Source: an uncultured Pelagibacteraceae bacterium (GTDB lineage Bacteria > Pseudomonadota > Alphaproteobacteria > Pelagibacterales > Pelagibacteraceae). From it: 64,000 bases of DNA. The notes beneath the pieces are model-generated. The model was not told where the DNA came from. It saw only the letters and a program-made list of their open reading frames with translations, and did no database searches. The stretch lies in NCBI GenBank assembly GCA_902573065.1, contig CACGHX010000001.1, positions 23,564 to 87,563 of the forward strand, written 5' to 3'. Both the position numbers and the translations under genes were made by a program. This document shows, one piece after another, positions 39,938-48,719 of this stretch. Numbering within the stretch: position 1 is the stretch's first letter; each line of letters begins with the position of its first letter.

Positions 39938-40824
39938 TGCAAATAGGTATTGATTTAGGTGCGACTAAAATTGAATCAGTTCTTTTAGACGATAATGGTT
40001 CTGAATTACATAGAAGTAGAAAAGATTCACCAAAAGATTATAATGAAACTTTAGTTTCAATTACAGAATCTGTAAGACTAATTGAGAATAAGTTTAAAAA
40101 GAAACTAAATGTTGGTGTGTGTCATCCAGGTTCAACAAATTTAGATACTGGTCTCATTCAAAATGCCTTTAATTCTCCTTGGTTAAACAACATGAAATTT
40201 TCAGATGATATTTCCAAAAGTTTAGATAGAAAAGTTTTATGCGAAAATGATGCTAATTGTTTTGCTTTATCAGAAGCCTTTGATGGTGCAGCAAAACATT
40301 ATAAAATAGTTTTTGGAATAATATTAGGATCTGGATGTGGTGGTGGTTTAGTTATAAATAAAAAAATTTTAGTTGGACCAAATTCATTTGCTGGTGAGTG
40401 GGGACATGTTCCAATTGGAAAGTCTAAAAAAGAACATAATATTGAAGAATTTATATCTGGCAAAGGTTTGGAGAGAAAATATTTTACTAAATTTAAAAAT
40501 AAACTTGTTGCTAAAGATATATTCAAAAAATCAAGAGAAAATTCTCCAAATGAAAAAAATATCGTAGACGAATTTATAAATAACTTAGGTTTAAGTTTAT
40601 CACTTATAATAAATATAATTGACCCAGACGCAATTGTTTTTGGTGGCGGTGTATCTAACGAAATACAATCACTTGAAGAGATTAAAATAATAACAGAAAA
40701 ATACTTATCTGAGTTTAATAATATTAAAAAAGTTAATCTTAAAACTGTTTTTTTAAAACCTAAGTATGGAGATGCGAGTGGAGTTAGGGGAGCTGCAATT
40801 TTAAATAGACAGAATCTTATTTAA
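39937..40824 (+). CDS. ROK-family sugar kinase (NagK/Mak-like), lacking the Cys zinc motif
   Basis: 295 aa. It has the ATPase fold motifs IGIDLGATKI, ENDANCFALSE, LGSGCGGG, GEWGH and FGGGVS. There is no N-terminal HTH, so it is a kinase rather than a repressor. Confidence 0.7.
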   Translation: MQIGIDLGATKIESVLLDDNGSELHRSRKDSPKDYNETLVSITESVRLIENKFKKKLNVGVCHPGSTNLDTGLIQNAFNSPWLNNMKFSDDISKSLDRKVLCENDANCFALSEAFDGAAKHYKIVFGIILGSGCGGGLVINKKILVGPNSFAGEWGHVPIGKSKKEHNIEEFISGKGLERKYFTKFKNKLVAKDIFKKSRENSPNEKNIVDEFINNLGLSLSLIINIIDPDAIVFGGGVSNEIQSLEEIKIITEKYLSEFNNIKKVNLKTVFLKPKYGDASGVRGAAILNRQNLI

Positions 40825-41974
40825 GTATTTTTCTTATTTCACTATTAGAAAATTGTTTTGGAATTTTGCAGGTAGATTTAATACTAATCCTTTTTCTTTT
40901 TCTGGCAGCTTTCATAATTGATTGTATTATATCCAAAACATGGAATGATAATTCTCCGTTACATCTATGTTTTTTTTTGTTTTGAATACAGTAAGCCATT
41001 TCAGCTAATCCAACACCTCTGTAATTTGCATTTATCGGTGCTTCGTTTGCTCTCAGACTTTTCTGCCTAATATTAATTTTACCTAAAAACATTTTATTTG
41101 TTTTATGTTCTTTCCAAGTTCCTCCAAGTTTTTTACATGTATAAACAGAACCTCCAAACATGTTTGGGTCTGGCACGAGTATTGAACCTTTACTACCATA
41201 TAGTTCAATATGATTTCTGTGATGTGCTATTACATCAAAAGAGAGAGTAAATCTTATTATTGCTCCACTATTGAAAAAAATTGTTCCTAAGTATGTGGTT
41301 GGACACAAAACTTTTATTGATTTACCTTTTCTTGGCCCAATACCAATTATCCTCTTTTTTTTATTCCACATAAAGCTTCCCCAAACTTGTTTTGCTGGTC
41401 CTAATAAGTTTACCAATGCAGTCAAATAATAAGGCCCCATATCAATAACAGGACCACCTTCTTTTTTTGCAAACCACGGTTCAGGATTTGGATGATAAGA
41501 TTGAACCCCAGGGTAAGCAAAAATAATATTTCCTAAGTTAATATTACCAATAAAATTTTTCTCTAATATTTCTTTTGATTTTTGATTACCACCACCTAGA
41601 AATGTATCTGGAGCGTTGCCAATATAAAGTTTTTTTCTTTTTGAGATTTTTAATAACTCCTTTCCATCTTTTAAATTTATAGCCATTGGTTTTTCTGTAT
41701 ACACATGCTTATTATTTAGAAGAGCTTTTTTTGAGACTTCAAAATGTGCTTTAGGAACAGTAAGATTTAATATTATTTCAATTTCTTTATCTTTAAGTAA
41801 ATTTTTCACGCTTAAAGCTTTTATTTTATAAGTTGAAGCACATTTCTTTGCTGCTAAATTATTTATATCTGCACATTTGATAATTCTGAAATTATTAAAG
41901 TATTTATGGGCTCTAAAATAGGTTTCGGCTATATGTCCACAACCTATAAGACCAACTTTAAAAACCTTAACCAT
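40817..41974 (-). CDS. Gfo/Idh/MocA family oxidoreductase
   Basis: 385 aa. It has the Rossmann start KVGLIGCGHIAETY and the EKP motif (YTEKPMA). Its 3' end overlaps the ROK gene by 8 nt (convergent). Confidence 0.75.
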   Translation of the reverse strand: MVKVFKVGLIGCGHIAETYFRAHKYFNNFRIIKCADINNLAAKKCASTYKIKALSVKNLLKDKEIEIILNLTVPKAHFEVSKKALLNNKHVYTEKPMAINLKDGKELLKISKRKKLYIGNAPDTFLGGGNQKSKEILEKNFIGNINLGNIIFAYPGVQSYHPNPEPWFAKKEGGPVIDMGPYYLTALVNLLGPAKQVWGSFMWNKKKRIIGIGPRKGKSIKVLCPTTYLGTIFFNSGAIIRFTLSFDVIAHHRNHIELYGSKGSILVPDPNMFGGSVYTCKKLGGTWKEHKTNKMFLGKINIRQKSLRANEAPINANYRGVGLAEMAYCIQNKKKHRCNGELSFHVLDIIQSIMKAARKRKRISIKSTCKIPKQFSNSEIRKILK

Positions 41975-41979
41975 TTAGA

Positions 41980-43824
41980 TTAAACACCTTGTCTTTGTTT
42001 TGATTTACCTTGCAGATGTTCTTTTAGAGCTCTCTCATTTTCTTTAGTAGATGGTTTTGTTAAAGTAGGGCTCTCCCAAAATGCTGAACCTTCTAACCAT
42101 TGATACCCATCTGTTTTAATAGATATTATATAAGTTGATTTTGACTTTTTAGCTCTTGTAAAAGCTTGTTCAAGTTCATTTATAGAATTTACATTTTCAC
42201 CAGTTGCACCTAAACTTTCAGCGTGTTTAGCAAAATCTATTTTTTTTATGTTTTGAACTTTAGAACTTTCAAAAAGGCAATTAAATTCTTTACCGCCTTT
42301 GTAAAGTTGCAATCTGTTAATAACAGCATGGCCTCCGTTATCGCAAACAATTATAATTAATTTATGATTTGTCAAAACTGAACTATAAATATCTGAATTG
42401 TAGAGAAGGTATGATCCATCACCAACAAAAGCTATAACTTCTTTTTCTGGGTTTGCCATTTTTATACCTAAGGCTCCAGAGATTTCATAACTCATACAGC
42501 TAAAACCCCATTCAGTTTCATGAGTATTTAATTCTCTAGGCCTCCAAACCTGCAAGACCTCTCCAACTAATCCTCCTGCTGCAGTGACAGCAATATCAGA
42601 TGGATCTGATTTTCTATAAATTGCGCCTGCAACATGCGCATAAGATGGTAATTTTTGATTTGTAGGACCACTTTCTTTATCAAGGTAATTATTCCAAGAT
42701 TTAACAGCACTTCTTGATTTTTTATACCATTCATCCGATGCTTTCCAACTTCCTAAAGCAACAGTTAAATCTTGAATACAAACTTTCGCATCACCAACAA
42801 TAGATTGAGCCATATGCTTATTAGCATCAAATCTTGATACATTTATTGAAACTAATTTAAAATTTGGATTTTCAAAATTTGTCCACGATCCAGTCGTGAA
42901 ATCAGCCAATTTTGTTCCAATAGCAATAGCTAAATCTGTTTTTTTCATAAAGTCGTTTGGAGCTTTTCCGCCAAATCCGCCAATAGCACCTAAAAAGTAC
43001 GGATCATCTTTTTTCATAGTTGAATAGCCCATTACAGTTTGTGCTGTAGGAATATTATGTTTTTTTGCAAATTGACTTAATTCTTTCATTGCATCAGAAT
43101 AAAAAATTCCTCCTCCTGAAATAATTATTGGATTTTTTGATTTTTTAATTAAATCTGCTGCTTGCTTAATTTGATAATCATCAGGTCTTGGTCTTCTAAT
43201 TGCATGAATCTTCTCATTAAAAAATTCTTTTGGATAATCAAAAGTTTCACCCTGAACATCCTGAGATAAAGAAATACACGCAGGTCCACAATCCGCAGGA
43301 TCAATCATTGTTTGAATGGCTTGTGGAAATGTTTGAAGTATTTGTTCTGGTCTAGTGATTCTATCAAAGTATCGAGTTACATATTTGAAAGCATCATTTT
43401 GTGTTATGTTTGGATTATTAAAATGTTCAACTTGTTGTAATACAGGATCAGGCATTCTGTTAGCGTAAGTATCTCCTGGTAAAAAAAGCATAGGCAATCG
43501 ATTACTCATAGCAACCGCTGCAGCTGTAAGCATGTTTGTTGAACCTGGACCAACAGAACTTGTTGCAACAAAAATTTGTTTTCTTCTTTTAGCTCTCGAA
43601 AAAGCAATACCTGTTAAAGCCATATTCTGTTCATGATGGCCTCTCCATGTAGGAAGTTCTTTTTTATTTTCTTCTAGAGCCTGTCCTAAACAAGCCACAT
43701 TTCCATGACCAAAAATTCCAAATGCACCTGCAAACAGGGGTAATTTTTTACCATCAACTAATATTTTCTGTGATATTAGATACTTAACAATAGCATGTGC
43801 ACAAGTTAGTTGAATTTTTTTCAT
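41980..43824 (-). CDS. iolD: 3D-(3,5/4)-trihydroxycyclohexane-1,2-dione acylhydrolase (ThDP enzyme)
   Basis: 614 aa with the ThDP-enzyme architecture (GIFGHGNV, GDGSYLLYNSDIYSSV...DNGGHAVINRLQ). The length, the C-terminal extension and the linkage to iolE/iolG fit IolD rather than acetolactate synthase. Confidence 0.78.
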   Translation of the reverse strand: MKKIQLTCAHAIVKYLISQKILVDGKKLPLFAGAFGIFGHGNVACLGQALEENKKELPTWRGHHEQNMALTGIAFSRAKRRKQIFVATSSVGPGSTNMLTAAAVAMSNRLPMLFLPGDTYANRMPDPVLQQVEHFNNPNITQNDAFKYVTRYFDRITRPEQILQTFPQAIQTMIDPADCGPACISLSQDVQGETFDYPKEFFNEKIHAIRRPRPDDYQIKQAADLIKKSKNPIIISGGGIFYSDAMKELSQFAKKHNIPTAQTVMGYSTMKKDDPYFLGAIGGFGGKAPNDFMKKTDLAIAIGTKLADFTTGSWTNFENPNFKLVSINVSRFDANKHMAQSIVGDAKVCIQDLTVALGSWKASDEWYKKSRSAVKSWNNYLDKESGPTNQKLPSYAHVAGAIYRKSDPSDIAVTAAGGLVGEVLQVWRPRELNTHETEWGFSCMSYEISGALGIKMANPEKEVIAFVGDGSYLLYNSDIYSSVLTNHKLIIIVCDNGGHAVINRLQLYKGGKEFNCLFESSKVQNIKKIDFAKHAESLGATGENVNSINELEQAFTRAKKSKSTYIISIKTDGYQWLEGSAFWESPTLTKPSTKENERALKEHLQGKSKQRQGV

Positions 43825-43882
43825 AAATTAATTAAAGTGAACCCTAAGAAATATTGTAGTTTTAAGCAATAAAAATTTAAAA

Positions 43883-45325
43883 ATGTATTCAAAATTTGGT
43901 CAATTCATACATGGTAAATGGCAGCCTTCTGAAAAAAATGAAACATACGATGTCATAAATCCAGCTACTGAGGACGTAATTGGAAAAGCATCAAAAGCTA
44001 CAAAAGCAGATGTTACAAAAGCATTAAAATCAGCTGAAGAAGGCTTTAAGGTTTGGAAGAAAACTCCACCATGGCAGAGATCATATAAAATTAGAAAAAT
44101 TGCAGACCTCATGCGAGAAAGAAAGAAAGAACTTGCAAAGTGGTTAGCACTTGAGGTTGGAAAACCATTAGTTGAGGGCGAAGGTGAAGTAGGGGGTGGA
44201 GCAGATATTTTTGAATGGAATTCTGAAGAAACTAAAAGAATATTTGGACAAACTGTTGAAAGTAGATTTGAAAATACCAGAGTACAGGTCAATTACCAAC
44301 CAGTGGGAGTAGTTGCCGCTTTAATCCCATGGAACTTTCCAATAATTCTAGCATCTCGAAAAATTTCAACAGCATTAGCTGCGGGCTGTTCTGTTATTGT
44401 AAAACCTGACGTTATAACACCTGGAGCTGTTATGGAGTTAATGAATATAATTAATGACGCTGGTATTCCTCCAGGGGTTGTTAATCTTTTATCTGGAGAT
44501 CCAGAAGAAATGTCTAATGAATTAATCTCATCAAATATTATTAAAAAGGTTTCTATCACTGGATCTACAAGAGTAGGAAAACTAATATTAAAAAAAGCAG
44601 CTGATAAAGTTCAAAGAGTTACAATGGAACTTAGCGGCCATGCTCCTTTTATAGTTTTCGAAGACTCAAATATTGAAAAAGTTACTGATATGGCAATTAC
44701 TTCAAAATATAGAAATAATGGACAGGTTTGTATTTCACCAAGTAGATTCTATATACATGAAAGTAAAAAAAATGAATTTGCAAAAACTTTTATTGAAAAA
44801 ACGAAAAAACTTAAATTAGGTGATGGAATGAAAGAGGGTGTTCATCTTGGACCTATTACAACTAAAAAAAGATTAGAGGAGATTGAAAAATTAGTTGAAA
44901 AGACCAAAAAAGAAGGTGGCAAAGTACTATATGGTGGTAAAAGGCCATCTGGTTTTAATAAAGGATATTTTTATGAGCCAACTATAATTGATGGCATCAA
45001 AGATAATTTTACAGTTATGACAGAAGAACCTTTTGGACCGATAACAGCTATTACTACTTTTAAAGATTTTGATGAAGTTATTAAAAGAGCAAACAATCAT
45101 GATTGTGGACTAGCTGGATATATTTGTACAAATTCAATGGAGAAAGCATTCAAAGCTTCAGAACAATTAGAGACAGGAGTCGTTGCAGTTAATACTCCTG
45201 TAGTAGCAACCGCAGAAACACCATTCGGTGGTATCAAACAAACGGGATATGGCCGAGAAGGTGGCTCAGTTGGGATAAAAGATTATTTAAATATCAAATA
45301 TACTCACCTAGGCTTATCTGGTTAG
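43883..45325 (+). CDS. NAD(P)-dependent aldehyde dehydrogenase (GabD / succinate-semialdehyde DH-like, non-acylating)
   Basis: 480 aa. Motifs: INPATEDVIG, EVGKPLVEGEGEV, WNFP, catalytic Glu (MELSGHAP), catalytic Cys (GQVCISPSRFY), EEPFGP. Confidence 0.85.
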   Translation: MYSKFGQFIHGKWQPSEKNETYDVINPATEDVIGKASKATKADVTKALKSAEEGFKVWKKTPPWQRSYKIRKIADLMRERKKELAKWLALEVGKPLVEGEGEVGGGADIFEWNSEETKRIFGQTVESRFENTRVQVNYQPVGVVAALIPWNFPIILASRKISTALAAGCSVIVKPDVITPGAVMELMNIINDAGIPPGVVNLLSGDPEEMSNELISSNIIKKVSITGSTRVGKLILKKAADKVQRVTMELSGHAPFIVFEDSNIEKVTDMAITSKYRNNGQVCISPSRFYIHESKKNEFAKTFIEKTKKLKLGDGMKEGVHLGPITTKKRLEEIEKLVEKTKKEGGKVLYGGKRPSGFNKGYFYEPTIIDGIKDNFTVMTEEPFGPITAITTFKDFDEVIKRANNHDCGLAGYICTNSMEKAFKASEQLETGVVAVNTPVVATAETPFGGIKQTGYGREGGSVGIKDYLNIKYTHLGLSG

Positions 45326-45328
45326 TAA

Positions 45329-46117
45329 ATGAGAAAAAATAAGCTTAAAAAAATTTTTTCTGAGGGTAAAGCTGTAATAAACGGTTGGCTTCAAATACCA
45401 AATTCATTTTCCGCTGAAGTGATGGCAAATCAAGGATGGGACTCTTTAACCATTGATATGCAACACGGTGTTGTGGACTACCCAAATGCATTGCAAATGC
45501 TTCAAGCAATTTCAACAACTGATGTCGTTCCAATGGCAAGAGTAAATTGGAATGAACCTGGACAAATTATGAAAATATTAGATGCAGGATCTTATGGAGT
45601 TATATGTCCAATGGTGAGTAATAGAAAAGAGGCTGAGCATTTTGTTAAAGCTTGTTTATATCCACCGAGAGGATTTAGAAGCTTTGGACCAATAAGAGGT
45701 CTTTTGTATGGTGGTGCGGATTACGGTAAGCACGCAAATGATGAGTTATTAAAATTTGCTATGATTGAGACTAAAGAAGCATTGGAAAATTTGGACTCTA
45801 TAATGACCACGCCTGGTCTTAATGGAATTTATATAGGTCCAGCTGATTTAAGTTTAGCTATTGGTGAAGAACCAAGTTTTGACAAACCAGAGGGTGACAA
45901 GGTTTATGATACAATTATGAAAATACTGGAACATGCAAAAAAAAATAAAATAATTGCTGGTATACACAATATGAAGGCTGAATACGCCCAGAAAATGATA
46001 AATAAAGGTTTTCAATTAGTAACAGTTGGTTCTGACCAGAGGTTTATGTCTGGTGGTGCAAAAGAAGCTGTAAGCAAGTTTAAAAAGATAGATAAAAAAG
46101 AAGGCAAGGGTTATTAA
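45329..46117 (+). CDS. HpcH/HpaI-family class II (pyruvate-specific) aldolase
   Basis: 262 aa. GWLQIPNSFSAEVMANQGWDSLTIDMQHG, VRVNW, MIETKEAL and IGPADLS are typical of the 2-keto-3-deoxy-acid aldolases HpaI/GarL/YfaU. Confidence 0.8.
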   Translation: MRKNKLKKIFSEGKAVINGWLQIPNSFSAEVMANQGWDSLTIDMQHGVVDYPNALQMLQAISTTDVVPMARVNWNEPGQIMKILDAGSYGVICPMVSNRKEAEHFVKACLYPPRGFRSFGPIRGLLYGGADYGKHANDELLKFAMIETKEALENLDSIMTTPGLNGIYIGPADLSLAIGEEPSFDKPEGDKVYDTIMKILEHAKKNKIIAGIHNMKAEYAQKMINKGFQLVTVGSDQRFMSGGAKEAVSKFKKIDKKEGKGY

Positions 46118-46122
46118 TTTAA

Positions 46123-48258
46123 ATGCAGAATAATATTGCTGTTTTATTACCTTATAAAGACCAATTCATCAAAGATAATGCTGGGTCAGCATCTATTTGG
46201 GTTAAAGATTTTTCAAAAGATAGTAAGTTAAAAAAAAACACGACCATTTTTGGTTATACATCAAACGTAAGTAAAACTTTTGAAAATTTTAATTATGTAA
46301 ATTTAAAATTTTCAAATTTTGGGGTTCAAAGTAAAAACTTAAAATACGTTAATAAATTTATTGACGTATTAAATAAAAAAAAATTTTCTCTTATCGAAAT
46401 TCATAATAGACCTTCTTACATTCTTCATATCGAAAAGAATTTACCTAATCAAAAGTATTTATTAGTAATTCACAATAATCCTCAAACACTTCGGGGTGCT
46501 GTTACACCAAAAGAGAGAAAACATCTTATAAAATTGTGTAGTAAAATTACATTTGTAAGCAATTGGGTTAAAGAAAAATTTTTTGAAGGATTAGACATTA
46601 AAAATCATGAAAAAACACAAGTTTTATATCCAGCTATTAATAAAATTTCTAAAATGCCAAAAAAAGAAAAAATTATTACTTTTGTTGGTAAATTAAATCA
46701 CTCAAAGGGATATGACACCTTTGGTCGTGCAATAATTAGAATATTAAAAAAATACAAAGATTGGAAAAGTATTGTCATAGGAGATGAACCAAGAGAGAAG
46801 TACAATTTTAAACATGATAGACTAATTCATTTAGGATGGATTACTCATGATGAAACTTTACAGATTTACAAAAAATCTAGTATTTCTGTCGTTCCCTCAC
46901 ACTGGGAAGAACCATTCGGGCGTACATCATTAGAAGCGGCATCTAGAGGCTGTGCTACAATTATTTCAAAAAAAGGAGGTCTTCCAGAGACCATTCCATA
47001 CGGTTTGTATCTTAACAAAATTAATCAAAATGAAATTTATAAAAAAATAAAACAATTAATTATAAGTAAAAAGTTAAGAGAGGATCTACAAAAAAAATCA
47101 ATTAGCTACGTTTTTCATGATATAAAAAAAAATACAAAAATATTTGACAATTTACGTGAAGAAATAATAAATGAAAAAAATATATTTGTTAATAGAAATA
47201 TATCAAATTTAAAAATATTAAATATTTCAAATTTTGGTAATCGTCAGTTTAATAGATTATATTACATTTCAATCGCAAAAAAATTAGCAAATGGTTTTAT
47301 AAGAAATGGTCACGATGTAATTAATTTAAGCGATAGGGATGTCGGAAAATTCAATAAATCTTTAAGAGACTTTAAGGGAACAAGTTATTTAAATACGATG
47401 ATATATGAAACAGCCAAAAATTATAAACCTGATTTAATTTTACTAGGTCATTCTTATGACATTGAGAGCGATACACTCGAAAAAATTAAAGATTTAAGTA
47501 AAAAAACAGTTATTTCACAATGGTTTGAGGATCATCTTGCTGATACAGGTCCTGATTTTGCTTCTAACAGAAAAAAATTACTTAAATATGATAATTTTGT
47601 TACATCAAATTTCATTACAACGCATCCGTCTACATTAGATTTTTTGAGAAAGAAAAAAAACTTTCATTATCTTCCAATCCCGGTTGACAAAAATATTGAA
47701 AAATTAAAAATTTATGAAAATAACAATCAAATAAACGATGTTTTTTTCTCTATGAGTCATGGGGTCAATAGAGGTAAATTAAAAAGAGATAAACAGGATG
47801 AAAGGCATAATTTTATTACTGACCTAATTACGGAATGTCCTAATATAATTTTTGACATATACGGATATAATAATAGGGAGCCTGTATGGGCTGAAGATTT
47901 TTATAAAGTTATAGTAAACTCCAAAATGGCTTTAAATTTAACAAGAGGTAAACCTCTTAAATATTTAACGAGCAATAGAATTGCTTCTTTAATAGGAAAC
48001 GGATTATTAACTTTTATAGATAAAAGAACACAATTAAATAATTTTTTTAATAATAATGAAGTTGTTTTTTATTCTGGTTTAGAAGATTTAGCAAATAAAA
48101 TAAATTTTTATAAGTCGAACGATAAAAAAAGAATTAATGTTGCAAAAAAAGGTAGAAGAAAATATTTTGATCTTTTTGAATGTCAAAAAGTAGCAAATTA
48201 TATTATTTCCAAGTCTTTTAACAGAGATTTACCAAAAAAATTGAAATGGATGGATTAA
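46123..48258 (+). CDS. two-domain glycosyltransferase (N-terminal GT4-like, C-terminal second GT-B / CgeB-like domain)
   Basis: 711 aa. The N-terminal half ends with the GT4 E-x7-E region (HWEEPFGRTSLEAASRGCATIISKKGGLPE). The C-terminal half (from LKILNISNFG...) resembles the standalone CgeB/DUF3880-type glycosyltransferase domain. Confidence 0.65.
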   Translation: MQNNIAVLLPYKDQFIKDNAGSASIWVKDFSKDSKLKKNTTIFGYTSNVSKTFENFNYVNLKFSNFGVQSKNLKYVNKFIDVLNKKKFSLIEIHNRPSYILHIEKNLPNQKYLLVIHNNPQTLRGAVTPKERKHLIKLCSKITFVSNWVKEKFFEGLDIKNHEKTQVLYPAINKISKMPKKEKIITFVGKLNHSKGYDTFGRAIIRILKKYKDWKSIVIGDEPREKYNFKHDRLIHLGWITHDETLQIYKKSSISVVPSHWEEPFGRTSLEAASRGCATIISKKGGLPETIPYGLYLNKINQNEIYKKIKQLIISKKLREDLQKKSISYVFHDIKKNTKIFDNLREEIINEKNIFVNRNISNLKILNISNFGNRQFNRLYYISIAKKLANGFIRNGHDVINLSDRDVGKFNKSLRDFKGTSYLNTMIYETAKNYKPDLILLGHSYDIESDTLEKIKDLSKKTVISQWFEDHLADTGPDFASNRKKLLKYDNFVTSNFITTHPSTLDFLRKKKNFHYLPIPVDKNIEKLKIYENNNQINDVFFSMSHGVNRGKLKRDKQDERHNFITDLITECPNIIFDIYGYNNREPVWAEDFYKVIVNSKMALNLTRGKPLKYLTSNRIASLIGNGLLTFIDKRTQLNNFFNNNEVVFYSGLEDLANKINFYKSNDKKRINVAKKGRRKYFDLFECQKVANYIISKSFNRDLPKKLKWMD

Positions 48259-48717
48259 TTGAAAATTAAAAAAATTAAATCAAAGATTAAAAATTTAAAA
48301 TTTGGAATAAACTGTACTATTATAGAACCATCAAATATTTATGGTTCTAAATTTGGTAAAAACGTTTTTATTGGACCTTTTGTAGAAATACAAAAAAATT
48401 CTTATATAGGTGATAATACCAGGGTGCAAAGTCATTCATTTATATGCGAGAAAGTAAAAATTGGTAAGAATTGTTTTATAGGCCATGGAACCATGTTTAC
48501 AAATGATGATTTTAAAAAAGGTAAAATAAATAGAAACTCAAAATATTTTAAAAAAACAGTAATTGCCGATGATGTGCTGATTGGATCCAATTCAACAATT
48601 TTACCAGTTCATATCTGCAGGGGATCCGTCATTGGAGCTGGATCAGTAGTTACTAAAAATATTAAAAAAAAAGGTATCTACGCAGGTAATCCAGCGAAAT
48701 ATTTAAGGAAAATTTAA
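48259..48717 (+). CDS. left-handed beta-helix (hexapeptide) sugar N-acetyltransferase
   Basis: 152 aa. It has hexapeptide repeats (IGDNTRVQSHSFICEKVKIGKNCFIGHGTMFTND ... IGSNSTILP ... IGAGSVV), QdtC/FdtC/WxcM-like. The start is TTG. Confidence 0.75.
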   Translation: MKIKKIKSKIKNLKFGINCTIIEPSNIYGSKFGKNVFIGPFVEIQKNSYIGDNTRVQSHSFICEKVKIGKNCFIGHGTMFTNDDFKKGKINRNSKYFKKTVIADDVLIGSNSTILPVHICRGSVIGAGSVVTKNIKKKGIYAGNPAKYLRKI

Positions 48718-48719
48718 TT

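Noticed and set aside
43883-45325. Calling the aldehyde dehydrogenase IolA (CoA-acylating malonate/methylmalonate-semialdehyde dehydrogenase).
   Set aside because: Its motifs (EVGKPLVEGEGEV, FEWNSEETKRIFG, GQVCISPSRFY) look like GabD/SSADH-type non-acylating enzymes, and it is coupled to an HpaI-type aldolase. The assignment is left generic.
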